The position numbers were made by a program, and so were the translations under genes. Source: Polyangiales bacterium (GTDB taxonomy: Bacteria; Myxococcota_A; Polyangia; Polyangiales; JADJQN01). Taken from it: 64,000 nucleotides of DNA. Shown here piece after piece: positions 50,868 to 60,610 of the stretch. The stretch covers positions 728,494-792,493 of the forward strand of contig CAXNJO010000002.1 of assembly GCA_964202905.1 (NCBI GenBank), given 5' to 3'. The notes under the pieces were generated by a model, which ran no database searches, was not told the origin of the DNA, and saw only the letters and a program-made list of their open reading frames with translations. Numbering within the stretch: the first letter of the stretch is position 1; the number at the start of each line of letters is the position of its first letter.

Positions 50868-51353
50868 TCATGGGGAGGACGGCAGATACGCCCGCCATTC
50901 CTCCGACTCGGCGATGCGCTGGACGGCGGCGTTTCGCTCCTCGAGCAGGCGGCGCATGTAGCGGGTCAGGAAGGTCGCTTCCGCGATGCGCCCGAGCACG
51001 CCGAGCGGCGCGTCGAAATCGAACACATCGCGCATCACCGTGCCGCCGTGTCCGTCGGGCTCGAAGACGTGGTCATGGTCGAAGCGCCGGAACGCCCCCG
51101 ACACCATCGAGTCGCGAAAATGTCGGGGCCGGTCGAACGCGGTGATGCGGCTGGTCAGCCGCTGCCGCACGAGAAAGTGCGTCGCCTCCCAGGTCACGCT
51201 CTCGCTGGGCCCGATGAGCCCCGAGGTGACCCCGGCGACGGCCCGCTCGCCGGTCGCCCCGAACGAATCCCGATGCAGATCGATGCTGCGACACAGGTCG
51301 AAGCACCGCTCGACCGGCGCGGCCACGTGGGTGACGAGCTCGAGGATGGGCAT
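50868..51353 (-). CDS. SRPBCC family protein
   Basis: APVERCFDL.R.IDLH, VTWEATHF, FRD.M..GAF..F.HDH.F. Confidence 0.88.
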   Translation of the reverse strand: MPILELVTHVAAPVERCFDLCRSIDLHRDSFGATGERAVAGVTSGLIGPSESVTWEATHFLVRQRLTSRITAFDRPRHFRDSMVSGAFRRFDHDHVFEPDGHGGTVMRDVFDFDAPLGVLGRIAEATFLTRYMRRLLEERNAAVQRIAESEEWRAYLPSSP

Positions 51354-51646
51354 GGTGTGGATGCTCGGAAGCGGACAGGCCGCTGAACGGGTGAGGACGC
51401 TTCGTGAGGCGGGAGCATGAGCTTTCCCGTGTCGGTTTCCACGTGATCCGGCCGTGGCGCCGAGAGCGCACGCGCGCTCGACGTCGGCGCGTCGATGGGG
51501 GTGAATGGGCCGGTGAATCGATATCTCGACATCCGCACTTCACGCACGCGGGTGGCATTTCCGAGATGGAGTCGAACGAGACGACTCCCGTCGGTACGAG
51601 CGCACGCACCGCGTTCCCACACGCCTGAGGAGAACCCCTGTTCGAC

Positions 51647-52000
51647 TCACCCCGCCGGGCGGATCCGCACGCGGTCCGGCTCCACCGTCACGATGCCGCC
51701 TGCGGCCAGGGCCGCGCCGTGGGCGTCGATGACCTCGAGGATGGACTGCCCCTGACTCCGCGCCGAAATACCTGCCAGCCTCAATAGCCCACAGTGCTTC
51801 GCGCCCCGAAGAATCGTCAGTTCCCCGAAATCCTTGTCGAGGGTCACGAGCACCCGCTGCTCTTCCACCGCGCGCGCGAGCACCTGCACGTCTCCGGGAT
51901 CGGCAGCGCCCTCATCGACGACGCTCACCACGTCGTGCCCGGCGTCGAGCAGTACCCGACGGGCACCACCCCACACGCAAGCATCGAGCAGAAACCTCAC
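51647..52000 (-). CDS. DUF5615 PIN-like toxin
   Basis: RFLLDAC, GHDV, D..VL..A..E.RVLVTLDKDFG; GTGA overlap with DUF433. Confidence 0.88.
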   Translation of the reverse strand: MRFLLDACVWGGARRVLLDAGHDVVSVVDEGAADPGDVQVLARAVEEQRVLVTLDKDFGELTILRGAKHCGLLRLAGISARSQGQSILEVIDAHGAALAAGGIVTVEPDRVRIRPAG

Positions 52001-52242
52001 GCGGCCGACGACGTGATGCGTGGTGCCACTCGCTCGTGCGCGACGAGGCGCCGCGCATATTCGAGACAAGCGAGGACGTCCTCGCGCTCGAGCCAATCGT
52101 ACCCTTCCAGAATCGTCTCGATGGCGTCGCCGGCCGCAAGCATGCCCAGCACGTGTTCCACGGCGAGCCTCCGGCCGCGCACGATGGGCTTGCCACCGAA
52201 GATCGCCGGATCGATGGTGATGCGTTCGAGCAGGTCGGCCAT
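51997..52242 (-). CDS. DUF433 antitoxin
   Basis: RITIDPAIFGGKPIVRGRRLAV...L...DV.ACL.YA. Confidence 0.92.
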   Translation of the reverse strand: MADLLERITIDPAIFGGKPIVRGRRLAVEHVLGMLAAGDAIETILEGYDWLEREDVLACLEYARRLVAHERVAPRITSSAA

Positions 52243-52575
52243 GTCGCCAGCGTAGGCCCGGGACGCGTGGGTTCGCAACGACCTCGTCCCACATCGGCAG
52301 AGCCACCGCGCACGCCGGCAGAATCACGACCGCGCGTCCCCGAGGCGGTCGTCGTCATCGAAACGAGGCCGTCGTCACAGCCCACTCCGCCCCGACCGCC
52401 GGCCTCCCCCACACTGCGCGCCTTCGCGGGGCTCCTGCCCCGATCAGCGCGGAATCCGCGCTTGCGATGGCGGATGGGCGCGACGTTGGGGATGGGCGGT
52501 CGACGACGCCGGCGACGCGATCCGTGCCGCGTCGCACTCCGCCGCCACGCGTGACGCACTGCTATCGTGGCCTGC

Positions 52576-53160
52576 GTGAAGACCTCGGCAGCCCTGCGCA
52601 CGGGCGTGACGGTGACGGAGTTTCTCGCGATGGAGGACGCCTCCGACGAGAAGCACATCCTCTGGGACGGTGGGGTGTATGCGGTCGTCGCGATGGGGGG
52701 CGGCACCCTCGACCACGCGACTCTTTCCGCGAGTGTGATCGCGGAGATCGGCGTGGAACTGCGCGGCCAGCGCTGCCGCGTCGCGACCTCGGATCTGCGG
52801 GTGTGGGTGCCGCGCAAGCAGGGCATCGTCTACCCGGACGCGACGGTCTACTGCGGTCGACCCGAGATCGTGGAGGGGACGACGACGGTGCTCACGAATC
52901 CCGCGCTCGTCGTCGAGGTCCTCTCCGAGGGGACGGAGCTGTTCGACCGCGGCGAGAAGTTCGAGGGCTACCGCTCGATCCCCTCGCTGCGGCACTTCCT
53001 CATGGTCGCGACGTCCCACCCGCTCGTGGAGCACTACACGCGCGGCGACGGGGATGCGTGGATTCTGCGCACGTACGGCCCGGGCGAGACCGTGCGCCTC
53101 CACGACCCCGACATCGCGCTCTCCGTCGACGCCCTCTACGCCGCGCCGCCCGACGCGTGA
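52576..53160 (+). CDS. Uma2 family PD-(D/E)XK endonuclease-like protein
   Basis: YPDATV, P.LVVEVLS..T...DRGEK...Y..IPSL. Start GTG 52576 preferred because TATCGT lies 7 nt upstream. Confidence 0.9.
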   Translation: MKTSAALRTGVTVTEFLAMEDASDEKHILWDGGVYAVVAMGGGTLDHATLSASVIAEIGVELRGQRCRVATSDLRVWVPRKQGIVYPDATVYCGRPEIVEGTTTVLTNPALVVEVLSEGTELFDRGEKFEGYRSIPSLRHFLMVATSHPLVEHYTRGDGDAWILRTYGPGETVRLHDPDIALSVDALYAAPPDA

Positions 53161-53330
53161 GGGGTGAGCGTCGGCCTCTCCGCCACGGCACGCCTCCGGG
53201 ACGTGCGCATGGGCGACGTCTCCGCGCGACGCGCGCGCGGAAGCGCCTCCCCACGGGCAGGTGGAGGTCGTGTGTGTGACGCGCGTCTTCTCGGCCATGA
53301 GTTCGGCCGGTTGCGAACGAAGTGAGGCGG

Positions 53331-53554
53331 GAGAACTCGGAGTTCTCCGGATCGATTTCAAAACCGGTTTTGAGAACTCGGAGTTCTCCGGATCGATTTT
53401 TAAAACCAATTCCGTGAACTCCGAGTTACGCGGACCGATTTCAAAATCAACTTCGTGAACTCCGAGTTACGCAGTTCGATTTCAAAATCCATTGCGTGAA
53501 CTCGGAGTTACACCGGAGGCCTTTCGAACCGAATGTCGTGAACTCGGAGTTCTC
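53331..53554. repeat. AT-rich tandem array of 6 palindromic units, 41-42 bp period, core G(A/T)GAACTC(G/C)GAGTT
   Basis: Units start at 53331, 53372, 53414, 53455, 53496 and 53538; first two contain the perfect palindrome GAGAACTC-G-GAGTTCTC; TTT(C/T)AAAA tract in units 1-4. Confidence 0.9.
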
Positions 53555-53588
53555 CGCAGCGAGCTTCCTGGCCGCGCGCGGCTCGGAG

Positions 53589-53842
53589 GGCCGGCCGGAC
53601 CGGCACCCGGTCGGGCTCCACCGTCACGAGGCCGCCCCGCCCCCGCTGCGCCGCGCATGTTCGAGACAGGCGAGGACGTCCTCACGCTCGAGCCAGTCGT
53701 GCCCTTCGAGAATCGTCTCGATGGCATCGCCGGCCGCGAGCATGGCGAGCACGTCTTCCACGGCGAGCCTTCGCCCGCGCACGATAGGCTTGCCGCCGAA
53801 GATCGCCGGGCCGACGGTGATGCGTGCGAGCAGGTCGGACAC
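53589..53842 (-). pseudogene. Second DUF433/DUF5615 copy with an internal deletion (truncated antitoxin plus last ~15 toxin codons)
   Basis: 53648-53945 is colinear with 52048-52344; remnant GGLVTVEPDRVPVRPA matches the toxin C-terminus GGIVTVEPDRVRIRPA. Confidence 0.85.
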
Positions 53843-54282
53843 GTCGGAAGCGCAGACCCGGAGCGCGTCGGTGCGCAACAGCCTCGCCCCGAATCGGCCG
53901 GGACATCGCGCATGCCGGCCGAATCACGACCGCGCCTCCCGAAGGACGCGTGATTCTGCTCGACGCCGCACGACGGCACGCTGCCCGCGACGCTTCAATG
54001 GAGACGCGTCCCGAAGGACGCGTGAACCTATCTCTCGGCGAGTGACATGCCGACGAACGGAAAGGGGTGCGTCGTGGGGCGAGAGCATGGACCGTCCCCA
54101 TTGCACTGTCACAGCCAGCTCCCCCCAAGGCCGCCCACCCTCGCACATTCGACGCCTGCGCGTCGATGGGGACGGGAAGAACAGCGCAGGCGAACACCTC
54201 GCTTTGAATATCGGGTAGAATTCCCACGTCGGATCGTTCGTCCTGGCGAATTCAGCGCCCCTTCAATCTCGTCGAGCCCTCC

Positions 54283-56331
54283 ATGCACTCCTTGTCCACG
54301 GTTCTGTACAGAAACTCCGTCGCGTTCAGCATCATCCTCGCGCTCTTGCATGCGCTTCCAGCCCGCGCACAGGTATCCGGCTACGCGGGCCAAACCCACG
54401 CCTGGACGGGGCAAACCATTCCTGCGCGGGCAGCCGACCCGGAGAGCTTCTTCCCCGCCGGAAGTACGCCACGCGTGACGCCCCTCCCGCCCGCAGGCTC
54501 CCCGGCGGTGCGTCGGGCGCTGATCACCTGGGAGCTACCAGCGCTGCAGCACGCGACGCGGAGTCCGATCTCCGGACAGCGCTTCTGCGGAGGGATGTTC
54601 GTTCGCGAACGCTTGGGTGGCCAGGGCGCGGACCGCTGGGAAATCGTCAAACAACACTTCACTGGGCCTGCCGGGACCTGCACGGCCACCTGGACCCCGC
54701 CGTCCACGTCCAACGCCCCGCTCGCACGGTTGGACATGGTCGTTGGAAACTTGGTGCCCACTCACCCGAACCTCGCTCCGCAGAGTCAATCCCTCTACGT
54801 CGACCTCCTCCATAATTCCGAAACCGTCGTGGTACCCGGAGGCCCGTCCATCGCGCCCGAAACCCTGGAGGCCGTCACAGAGCAGCTCGCTAGCGGTACG
54901 GTGAATCCGACCAGTTCGTTCCTCGTGTCACTGCATCGCCTGACCGCAACATCCACGTGCGACGTGGGAGGAGGCTGCGACTACCGCTGGTACGCGCAGG
55001 TCGGGACGGCACCCGCGCTGACGGACGTCGCGCCGTACGATTCGAACACCCCGTTCGTGCGCGCACGAATTCTCGAGGGGCCACCCGGCTCCGAGACCAT
55101 TCAGCTTCGGATCATCGATGAAGACCCCTTCTCCAGCGACCTCATGGGTTCGTGCTCCATCCGGCCGCAGGCTGGCCTCTTCGCGGCTGCAGAAGCCATC
55201 CAGGGCGCCGTGCTAACCACCTACTCCTGCGGTGGCGTGGATGTGACGATGCAGGTCCGCCACGTCGTGACTCCTACGCTGTCCGGCCCAACGCAACGCG
55301 ATATCGATGCCGCCTCTGCGAACCGCTTCATCGCACTGCGAAGTATCGCCGTCGACAACAGGACCATCGAGCTGCCGACCGCAGACAAGCTCGCCGCCCG
55401 CATCGTTACGACCGAGTTGCTCACACCCACGACCTCACAGCTGATCCTGGACACCGCCTTTCGCAGTGAGCCGGGGTTTGTAGGATGGGCGGGTCGACTG
55501 GCCCTCTCGCTGCGCTGGCAACGGAGCACCTGGGTATTCGATTCGCTGCAAAGCTTGTCCCTGCGACAGGTCACGACGACAGAGACGGAGAACCTGATTC
55601 GGACATACTCGACAAACGCACCACAGCCTGCGACTCCGGTCGTGGCTACCGCCGACCCTCGCACCACAGCGGCGCCCGCCGCTCCGGACGCTCCGCCCGC
55701 CGTCTCGGCGACGCTTTCCCACCCGCCGCCGCAGCCCGCGCCGGGATCGCCCAGTCCGGAAGCCCCCGCACGAGAGCCCGCAACGAGATCGCCCGCTTCT
55801 CTGCCACCGGTCGCTCCTCCACCCGTTCCCGAAGGACTCTCGCGAAATCCGTTTCACGTGGTCCCACTCTCGGTGCCATCGCTCATCGCACGCGTGGAGT
55901 TCCGAGACAGCGGGGTTTCCCCGGAGGTGAACCAAGCGCTGCTGGACAAGTTCCGCGCGGCCCTCGCCACGGCTGCCGCGGGGGAACCCATTCGCCGCCT
56001 CGAGGCGCTCGTCATGCAACGCGCCCTCGCCGCAGTGAACGGCGGACGCCGTGGCGACAACTTCGAGATCGACGCGCGCGCGATTGATTTTCGCCCGAAT
56101 GGGCGACCTTCCTCTCGTCCTTCAGACCTCACCGCCACCAGCGCACTGCTGAATCAGTCCCCCATCCCTCGCGGCGCCGAGCTCGAGCCCATCATCGACG
56201 CCCTCGTCGGAGCGCTTCGCCTGCCCCGGATGCGCCCGGCTCGAAGGGCACGGGGCGTCCCTCCTCTCACGCCGACCGTCGAGCTCGAGGTCCGCGTGGT
56301 CTGGCAGCGCACCGCGAACGGCAGCCCGTAG
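54283..56331 (+). CDS. Secreted hypothetical protein with a C2-like motif and Pro-rich linker
   Basis: Signal-like N-terminus (…LPARA-Q); IQLRIIDEDPFSSDLMGSC resembles a C2 Ca-binding loop. Confidence 0.6.
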   Translation: MHSLSTVLYRNSVAFSIILALLHALPARAQVSGYAGQTHAWTGQTIPARAADPESFFPAGSTPRVTPLPPAGSPAVRRALITWELPALQHATRSPISGQRFCGGMFVRERLGGQGADRWEIVKQHFTGPAGTCTATWTPPSTSNAPLARLDMVVGNLVPTHPNLAPQSQSLYVDLLHNSETVVVPGGPSIAPETLEAVTEQLASGTVNPTSSFLVSLHRLTATSTCDVGGGCDYRWYAQVGTAPALTDVAPYDSNTPFVRARILEGPPGSETIQLRIIDEDPFSSDLMGSCSIRPQAGLFAAAEAIQGAVLTTYSCGGVDVTMQVRHVVTPTLSGPTQRDIDAASANRFIALRSIAVDNRTIELPTADKLAARIVTTELLTPTTSQLILDTAFRSEPGFVGWAGRLALSLRWQRSTWVFDSLQSLSLRQVTTTETENLIRTYSTNAPQPATPVVATADPRTTAAPAAPDAPPAVSATLSHPPPQPAPGSPSPEAPAREPATRSPASLPPVAPPPVPEGLSRNPFHVVPLSVPSLIARVEFRDSGVSPEVNQALLDKFRAALATAAAGEPIRRLEALVMQRALAAVNGGRRGDNFEIDARAIDFRPNGRPSSRPSDLTATSALLNQSPIPRGAELEPIIDALVGALRLPRMRPARRARGVPPLTPTVELEVRVVWQRTANGSP

Positions 56332-56457
56332 CCTCTTTGGGGAACTCTGTCGGCTGCCACGACGGCGCGCGCTGCCCCTTCGCTGCGAGTGTCCACCTCG
56401 ACCGTTGAATCCTGTCCGGGGTGCCCGCGTCTCAGCGCGCGCCCCCGAAGCCTACCG

Positions 56458-57159
56458 ATGCCTCCCCTCTGCCGCACATCCCTAGTCACCGCACTACTGC
56501 TCGCGTGTGCCCCCGGCCTCGCGAGTTGCTGCTTCTTCCCGGCAGCCAACACCTGCGGTATCGCGCGCCACGACGCCAAACTCGCCTGGGCCGCATACGA
56601 GCTCGACCTGCAGCAACGCGCGAGCATCGTCGCCACGCAACTCCAGATCGCCGAAGGCGCGCTGGCCGAGGTCACGCGACTCGACGCGCGATACGCCGGC
56701 CTTGATCCGTCCCGGCCCTTCACATTCTTCGGATGCCCGAGCCAGACGGGTCAACCGACCCCACCGCCCTCCCCTGCGGTCATGGCGGTCATCGATGCCA
56801 TGCAGCGCGAGCGACAGCGGGCATGCAGCGCGTTCGATTTCATCGCCAAGACGGCGGCGACCACGACCAACCCAAGCCAGGGATTCAATCTGGACCTGCA
56901 GCTCGGACCGGGTTTCATGCAATGCCCCGAGGATCACCGCGGTATGACGGCGGCCTGTGTACGTGAATCGCAACGCATCTCCAGCGAGTTCGCCCCGCTG
57001 CTCCGATCCGCGCGCGAACTCCGCGTGAACGTCGACAGCGGCACCGCGCCCGAGACGCTGCTGCAGATGTCGCGCGCGTCCCGCGTCGAGCGCACGGCGA
57101 ATCCCCTTCGCACGGCCGCCGACGGAAGCCTCGAGATCATGCGCGACCGCTGTGATTGA
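56458..57159 (+). CDS. Hypothetical helical lipoprotein/secreted protein
   Basis: Hydrophobic N-terminus with Cys (LLLAC or LASC), coiled-coil-like body; co-oriented in the cluster. Confidence 0.55.
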   Translation: MPPLCRTSLVTALLLACAPGLASCCFFPAANTCGIARHDAKLAWAAYELDLQQRASIVATQLQIAEGALAEVTRLDARYAGLDPSRPFTFFGCPSQTGQPTPPPSPAVMAVIDAMQRERQRACSAFDFIAKTAATTTNPSQGFNLDLQLGPGFMQCPEDHRGMTAACVRESQRISSEFAPLLRSARELRVNVDSGTAPETLLQMSRASRVERTANPLRTAADGSLEIMRDRCD

Positions 57160-57268
57160 ATCGCTGGCTCCGCCCGCCCACCCATGAGCTGGCGCGTGTC
57201 CCCAGCTCGAGTCCACTCCTTGAATCCCACGCGTGTCGCGCAACGAAACAACCATGCACGCCTCCGCC

Positions 57269-58812
57269 ATGTTGCAAATCGCGCAGCTCTCCGTCGTGCT
57301 CCCGGATGGCACCCAGGTCCTGCGCGACGTCTCGATGCAAGCCCATCCGGGGAGGCCATCGCGCTCATGGGGCCTTCCGGCTCCGGGAAGACGACGCTTC
57401 TCAAGGCCCTCTTCGACCGTGAGTCGCTCGAGGCCGAGGGCTTCGAGATCTCCTGCGCGCACTTCGCCGCGGGCAGCGAGCTCGCGCTCGTCCCGCAGCG
57501 CGGCGCCCTGTTCGATCATGTCGACGCCGCCGGCAACATCGAGCTTGCGATGCGCCACGGCGTGACCGTCGATCGCGACGCCGGCCGCTGGCTGCAAGCC
57601 GTCGAGCTCGATCCCGACTGGGTCTTTCAGCGTCGCCCCGTGAACCGGCTGAGCGGTGGTCAGGCGCAGCGCCTCGCCGTCGCGCGCGCCCTCGCGAGCG
57701 GCCGCCGCATCCTCTTCCTCGACGAGCCCACTGTCGGCCTCGATCCATCGCGCGTCCGCGGCCTCGCCACGCAGCTCCGCACGCTGTGCGATCAGGGCGC
57801 CGTCGTCGTCGTCATCACGCACGACACCCAGTTCGCCGCTGAACTTGCTGATCGCGTCTTCATGCTCCAGCACGGCATCCTCCAACCGCTCGACGTCCCA
57901 CGCCGCCAGCAGCCCGGGTGCCGCGGCACGCACGAGATGGCCGGTGCACGCTACGCCATCGAGAGCGCTCTCTTCGGGGCCATTCCCCCAAACGAGGGCC
58001 CCGGCCGCCCCACCTCGCCCTTCGATCCCGTCAAGCTCGCACGCCGCATGCTGCGCACCGCGCTCGACCCGTTCGCCGTCCTCCTCCGCGCTCCGCTCGA
58101 GATTCCCGGATATGTCCTCTCGCATCCGCGCGATTTCGTGCACGTGAGCGGCTACGCACTGAGGCAGAGCCTCTTTCGCCCACTCCCCTTCTATTTCGTC
58201 GTCTCGTTGCTGCTCGGTTTCACGGTGCTCTACGTGCTCGCCTCGTTCGGCGGCGAGTTCGGCCCCGGGCAAGCGATTGCCATCGTGCGCGGGCTCCCGC
58301 TCATCGCGCTCACCCCGCCACTCACCGCCTTTCTCTTCGTCGCGGCCTCGAGCAATTCCGTCAATGCCTGGCTCGGCGGCATGAAGCTCACGGGGCAGAC
58401 GGGCGCGCTCGAGGCGCTCGGAATCAGCCGCCGCGCCTATCTCTGGGGCCCCGCCTGGGCCGCGCTCGTGATCGCCTTCCTCGCCGTTGCGTTCGTCTTC
58501 GCGCTCGGATTTCTCAGCGGGAGCGTGCTGCTCTGCGCGCTCTACGACATCCCGGACGCACTCGCGATCATGACGGGCGATCTCTTCGATCCTCCGCCCG
58601 AGCGCGCGGTGTATCGGATTCGCGCCTTCGCGCTCGTGGTGATTTACGCGTGCGGCTGTGCCTCGGACACCATCGCACGCGCCGACGAGCCCAAGGACGG
58701 CGCCGACGCCGTTACCCGCGCGATGACGCGCAGCGTGGTGTATTGCACGTTGTTCGTCGTCGCGTGGGAGTTGGTGTCGCTGGCCTTCGTGCGCCTCTGG
58801 GAGAGCGCGTGA
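57269..58812 (+). CDS. Fused ABC ATPase (MlaF-like) and MlaE-type permease; frameshift at G-run ~57350
   Basis: MLQIAQLSV...LRDVS then GPSGSGKTT, LSGGQAQR, LFLDEPT, ITHD; C-terminal TM region with LGGMKLTGQTGALEALGIS and AVTRAMTRSVV, typical of MlaE. Confidence 0.8.
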
Positions 58813-60548
58813 TCTCGGACGCCGTGGCACGCGTCGTCGGGATGCCGCTTGGGCTCTGCCTCGGGCTCGGCGCCGTCGCGCTCATCACCACTGCGACACC
58901 GACGCGCGATTTCACGGCCAATCTCCCCACCGAACATGTAATTCTCGCGGACGGGCAGGCGGACACCGTCCGCGGGGTCGCGTACGAGGGCGTCGACCTC
59001 ACGCGCGTCACGGCCGATCTCGACGGGCTTCCGGTGCCGCTGCAATGGCAGGGCTCCGCGTTCGAGGCGCAGCTCCTCGCACAGTCGCCGGGCGCCCACG
59101 CGCTGCGCCTCGGCGTCGTCCATCAAGGCAACGTGCGGCGACAGCTCGTGCTCCCGGTCGTGGCCGGCCCCTTCGCCGCGCGTGACGCCTGGCTCGACGG
59201 CGCACTCACGGTGCAGCTCGGGATGAACGACCTCGACGCGAACGGCGCGCGCGCGGACGACCTGATGAGCGCCCTCTCGCGCTACCTCGAGGAGAACGGC
59301 CCGAACGACAGCCCGCTCGGCGCCATCGAGCGTTGCACCCTCCATCTCCGGGGGGACGACGACACCCCGAATCTCCTCCTCGGCGGAGACATCGGGTTCA
59401 CGCGCGGCGCCCTCGCGTTCATGATCCCCATGCGGGTTCGGCGCCCCACGCGAAACTCACTTTCGCTCGAGCGCGCTGGTCGTATCCAGGTGAATCCCGA
59501 CGAGCGCGCACTCGACGTGGGGCGCGCGCCCGCAGGTGCGCTTGGCGGAGCGGCCGGTGCAGCCGCAGCCGGCTGGCTCTTCGGGCCGATCGGCGCTCTG
59601 ATCGGCGGCGCACTCGGAGGCATCGCCGGTCAGGAATACGGCGGATCCCAGGTCCGCGAGCAGGCCCGCACCACGCTCGAACGCTACGTCGACGCGCTCC
59701 TCCCGCGCGCCGCGCAGTTTCTCACGCTCCCGGAGGAACTCGCGCTCGCCCCGACGCTCCCCGGCACGCGCCTGCGCCTGCGCTTCCAGGCGCCGCCGCG
59801 CTTTCGCGAAGGGCGCGGCCTCGTCGTCGTCCTCGACGCGCAGCTCGAAGGCCCGCCCGCGCAGGGACTCCCAGGCCCGCTCGCCTTCTCCGACGCCGCG
59901 CCGCTCCCCGCCTCAGACCGCTCCGCGCTGCGCGTCTCCCCCGCGCTCGTCGCCGCGCTCGTCGAGGCTTACAACGGCAGCGGCGCAGCGGACATGGCCC
60001 TCGCCCACCTCGCCACCGACGAGCACGGCCAGCCCCGCCAGTTCGGGCCGCTCACCCTGCGTCGCGCGCAGCTTGCGCTGCCCCTGCTCGTCGAGCCCGG
60101 CGCCGCGCCGAACACCATGCGCTGGTCGGCGCCCGACGTCGCGCTCACCTCCAACCTGCCCCTCGATCTGCACGTCTTCGCGCGCGGCGCCCTCGCGCTG
60201 CGCCTCGCCCCCGACGGCCGCAGCGTCCTCGCACAACCATCGACACAAACCACCCTCGTCAGTTGCCGCAGCCTCGCCGCGACGGGCTGGGATCACAAAC
60301 CCTGTCTCTCCGACGCGATGAACGCGATTCCCGACATCCCGGGCCGCCTCTCACGCGGTCTCCCGGAAATCCCTCTCTTCGCCGACATCCTCACGCCGCT
60401 CGCCGACCAGCCCCTCCGCGCGGGGGAGCTGTTCACCCTGCAGCTCACCCCCACCTCGCTGCAGACCGGGGATGCGCGGGGCGCTCCGCAACTCACGCTC
60501 TCCGCGGACCTGCGCTTTCAGAGTATGGGAGCCGGCCGTTGGCGCTGA
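58809..60548 (+). CDS. Hypothetical membrane-anchored protein with an internal glycine zipper
   Basis: GTGA overlap with the ABC gene; N-terminal TM; GALGGAAGAAAAGWLFGPIGALIGGALGGIAG; beta-rich flanks. Confidence 0.7.
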   Translation: MISDAVARVVGMPLGLCLGLGAVALITTATPTRDFTANLPTEHVILADGQADTVRGVAYEGVDLTRVTADLDGLPVPLQWQGSAFEAQLLAQSPGAHALRLGVVHQGNVRRQLVLPVVAGPFAARDAWLDGALTVQLGMNDLDANGARADDLMSALSRYLEENGPNDSPLGAIERCTLHLRGDDDTPNLLLGGDIGFTRGALAFMIPMRVRRPTRNSLSLERAGRIQVNPDERALDVGRAPAGALGGAAGAAAAGWLFGPIGALIGGALGGIAGQEYGGSQVREQARTTLERYVDALLPRAAQFLTLPEELALAPTLPGTRLRLRFQAPPRFREGRGLVVVLDAQLEGPPAQGLPGPLAFSDAAPLPASDRSALRVSPALVAALVEAYNGSGAADMALAHLATDEHGQPRQFGPLTLRRAQLALPLLVEPGAAPNTMRWSAPDVALTSNLPLDLHVFARGALALRLAPDGRSVLAQPSTQTTLVSCRSLAATGWDHKPCLSDAMNAIPDIPGRLSRGLPEIPLFADILTPLADQPLRAGELFTLQLTPTSLQTGDARGAPQLTLSADLRFQSMGAGRWR

Positions 60549-60610
60549 GAGGCTGGAGGCGGAGGATCCTCATCCCTGACGCGGAACACACATATCCGCA
60601 TCTCCCGGCG

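Noticed and set aside
52576..53160. Uma2 as an active restriction system
   Set aside because: No methyltransferase nearby; stand-alone Uma2 paralogues are common in myxobacteria
53331..53554. CRISPR array
   Set aside because: Inter-palindrome segments are homologous to each other, the 41-42-bp period is too short, and no cas genes are present
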